DNA from: Hyphochytrium catenoides
Lineage: Eukaryota; Protista; Hyphochytriomycota
Direction of reading: 5' to 3'
Length of the DNA: 64,000 nucleotides
Assembly (NCBI GenBank): GCA_900088475.1
Contig: FLMG01004374.1
Location: forward strand, 1 to 64,000
Shown: in pieces, positions 60,766 to 64,000 of the stretch
How the letters are laid out: each line of letters begins with the position of its first letter
How positions within the stretch are numbered: the first letter of the stretch is position 1
Translations under genes and position numbers: made by a program
The notes under the pieces: model-generated
What the model was told of the DNA's origin: nothing
The model's database searches: none
What the model saw: the letters and a program-made list of their open reading frames with translations, nothing else

Positions 60766-63220
60766 CAATGAGCAGCAGCGATGGTGTGTGATAGGAGTAG
60801 TTTCTACTCTTTTATGATTATAGTCTATCGATGATGGTACTGTCTGCTCCCTATCCGCTCCTCCTTTGCTGCTGGAAGCTCTAGCTCTTCTTCTTAGAAT
60901 GAACTACCAGCAACTCGTGGTGTTGCTCAATAGTAGAACTCCGTCAACATCGCAAGATACCATTTTACTTTAGCTAGCCATGTAACGACTTCCCACGTCA
61001 CTGCCAGGTAGTTATTGTTATTGCTGCCCAAGAGCCGATCCCCATCTGTCGACTAGCTCCAGGATCTTGATAAGAGCAGTCACTTTTTTTTATTATCTAT
61101 TATCATGGTGGCCGCCGTTCCACAGGACTTCGACCATCATAAGAAGATGTATATAGGCAGGAGACGACAATAGCTGATGGCATGCCTTTAGTTACTTCTC
61201 CCTAGGACAGTTGCACTACTACCCCTCTTCTCGTTGAAAATTTTTCTTTCACAACGAGTTTGATGTGGAGGCTACTAGCTGCCTTTTGGAGCGAGGTCAC
61301 CCGAAGCGCAATAACAAACCTGGATTAGATCAAAGGAGAAATGGCAGAAGAGAGGAGCTGACAATTGAAGAGCAGCAGCAGAGAGCCAGCTGACAGCTGA
61401 CAGCAATCGAAACTAGATGAGTATAATATGCGAGTTCATTCTGATAAGGTCAGACTCAATCTTGCAGCTCCTTGTCAATTCACTCCTCCCTCAGCACTTC
61501 TTCTTCTCAGTCACCACCCCTCCATTCACTCTACAGATGCGTTTGAACAAAGTGGGGGTAGACAATAGAAAGTCTATGACGAGAGGAGGAAGGTCCAACC
61601 AGAAGAGATGTTACAACTTCAGTCCTCCACCACCCTACCCTGGTCCTCCGCATCCCGTCGCTGTTGCTTGTAGTACGACTAGTGTAGGTGGTGGTGGCAG
61701 CAGAAGGGAGAAGGAGCCACCGAAGCTGCTGGCACGCAGCAGATAAAGCGCGTGACGGAAAAAAACAAAGAGGACCCCAACAAGGAGAGCAAGGCGTGGA
61801 GATCACCACTTCCAAGTGCGGCTTTATAGTCGCTTCTGTAGTTCTTCCTGCCAGGAGCTCTACCCACCATATTCCTACCACCAGACGATTTATTATACTG
61901 TAGGAGGCAAACTATGAAAGTCCTTGATGGTCCTCGATGGTGGACAGGAAGGTCTATGCTGTCAGCTGTTTACTACACCACCGTCTTATCAGCACTGAAC
62001 AGGAGATGATGACGGTGGTGAGGCAGTCATGAAAGAACGACGACTGTTAGTCATCTCAGGTCTCAGTCAAGACTTGAAGGCACTGGTTCCTAGTGCTTCT
62101 CCAATCATCAACCCACCAAGTCGTTGGTGCCCGGGTCGGAACCACAATAGACAAGATCGGTCACCGTATAGAACTGGGCCAACTATAGAACTAAAGGACT
62201 ACTTTCGAGGCGCTTGGTTGGTGGATACTGGCCGCCAACTTTTTTTGCTGATTTCTTGATAAATAGAAGCTGGTTCGCAAACCCCGAATTGGACGCATTA
62301 CTTTATTCATAGTAGTCCACATCCGTGGGAAACCATTGAGAATGGCGAACTATTAATAGTCTTGAATGCTAAGAAAGAAGCACCAATCACAGGAAGACGG
62401 AGCTATATACAGTTATACCGGAGGTATTATCTACAGGCCGTTGGCAACAAGTGAGCCTCATATCGTCGCTTTATGGTTAATTGCTGTTTTGGATATGGGC
62501 ACGATTGGTCAGAATATTGTTGACTATGCTCAGCCAAGGAAGAGAATGCTTGACAGTATTATGACCTCGCCTGCCTAGGGATAAAGGCCCAATTACATAT
62601 TGCTGTTCCGCGCACTACTACGAGAGAGGTATGGCGGCCACCGCACGGGTTGTGGGTGACAAGAGGTCAGCGCCAACCTTATAATAATCAGTGTGAAGAG
62701 GGCCAGCTGCTGCCTGCTGATGATTGATCCCTGCCGTCCTTCCCTGCTGGGAAGAGTTTCGCCTTTGCCATTGAGACTGAGGGGGAAAGACGAAGGACAG
62801 AGACCTTTCCCAGAGCTTGTTTCAGTTAAGTGAGAGGAGGCACTAGGAACCTCACTTTCCGGTGTAGCTTGTCGCGTCCGTGGGCAGTGCAGGGGCGGTG
62901 CAATAGCATATCAAAACGTTCCGTCGCTGTCGAGTTGTTGAGCGCAAGACAGCCCTCCTCATGGAAGTTGAGACCCGATAAACTGACCGTAACGGACAAT
63001 CCTGATCCTCACTTAGAGTACTCGTGAGTGTCGCTACCTAGAGGGGAAGGATGTGGTGGTGGCTGTGGCTCGGCCTCAAGACTGCGGTCATATGCAGTGT
63101 GATCGGTTCGGTCCTGGTCTTCTTTGCAGGACCGTTGCTGTCCTTAGCGCTGAGGTATTCCTTCTTGCTTTATCTGTGAGGCGTCGATACAGCAGGAAAC
63201 TAACAGCTGTACCATCTCAG

Positions 63221-64000
63221 CTTTGTGCCGAAGCAGTATTTGAAATCAAGACTGAAGATTCGCGTGGCGTGGAATAAAGGTCAGTTCTTCATAGCAAGCT
63301 CGGTGCTTCGTGACCAGCGACCTCGCTCACATCTTCTCCCCTGGTGCAGTATATTTCGCTCTCGAGGATCTCGATCTAGGGAAGGCAGTCCTCGGGATCA
63401 TCTCCCCCTTCGTGCCACTTCCTTTCTCCATTACAAGGCTGCGCCTTAAGCATGCGTCTATCTTGATACCTCTCGACGTGCTAAAAGGTGGCAGCATTAA
63501 GCTGAATGCCTCCGGTCTATCCGTGGACCTGGTATCTCATACCGAAGCCTATTGGAATCCTTCTCTGCTTCAGGTCTGAACTATGGTGGACTTTCAGCTC
63601 AGCGGGGTAAGCTAATTGACGCTTCACCTGCCATGATAGAACAAGGATCGCTTAGCGAAGGCTGTGGAGGCTGCAAGAGCAGCGAGAATCGCTGAGGCCA
63701 ATACCTGGTGGATGACCATTCTCCAGAAGTTAGATGGCATCGTAAGGATCTACCCACTTCTACCTTTCTATGGATTTAGTCCCACTCGTTTTATCTTCTA
63801 TATTTCTGTTATCTTACAAGCTTGATATTGTTAGGCGAAGAGCAACGATGTAATCAAAAAGTTTGAAAGTGAGCGGGCTGCGCAATTGAAGGCGGAGAAT
63901 CCAATCGCTGCTTGGAAGCGCACTCTGGACAGCATCATTGACAATCTCATGATTGAGAGTTCTGACATCAATATTAGATTGCTGGTAGCGAAGCAGTGCA
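63221..64000 (+). CDS. 5' part of a VPS13/chorein-N (bridge-like lipid transfer) family gene, running off the window
   Basis: Exons FALEDLDLG..LPFSITRLRLKHASILIP..IKLNASGLSVDL and AWKRTLDSIIDNLMIESSDINIR resemble the chorein-N consensus (LPxxV..G.I..L.L.IPW; IIDNLQI.I..IHIR). The start codon was not located. Confidence 0.55.

Overview
Intron-rich eukaryotic nuclear DNA from a protist. A stramenopile/SAR origin is my inference and cannot be proven from this window. Introns are mostly short GT-AG, there are many (CT)n/(GA)n tracts, and there are three N gaps. Recognisable genes are: a BCS1-like AAA ATPase, a long-chain trans-prenyl diphosphate synthase (COQ1/SPS type), a 14-exon ATAD3-like AAA ATPase, a three-repeat MYB factor, an ECTFxP-repeat coiled-coil protein, a multi-pass membrane protein, a membrane-anchored Gln/Asn/His/Pro-rich protein, a Cys homolog of selenoprotein M/F, NOG1, PLK4, an F-box/XPA-C-like protein, PDX1, a PDH E2/E3BP-like protein, a TAZ-finger protein and the 5' part of a VPS13-like gene. 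There is also a ~5.6 kb decayed CRE-clade non-LTR retrotransposon with a 203-bp inverted duplication at its 5' end, plus two smaller relics of similar elements. The most striking observation is the ATAD3-like gene. It carries a signal-peptide-like leader and a MYRF/phage-tailspike-type intramolecular chaperone (ICA, peptidase S74) domain whose catalytic Lys appears replaced. All family calls come from manual motif recognition; no searches were run.
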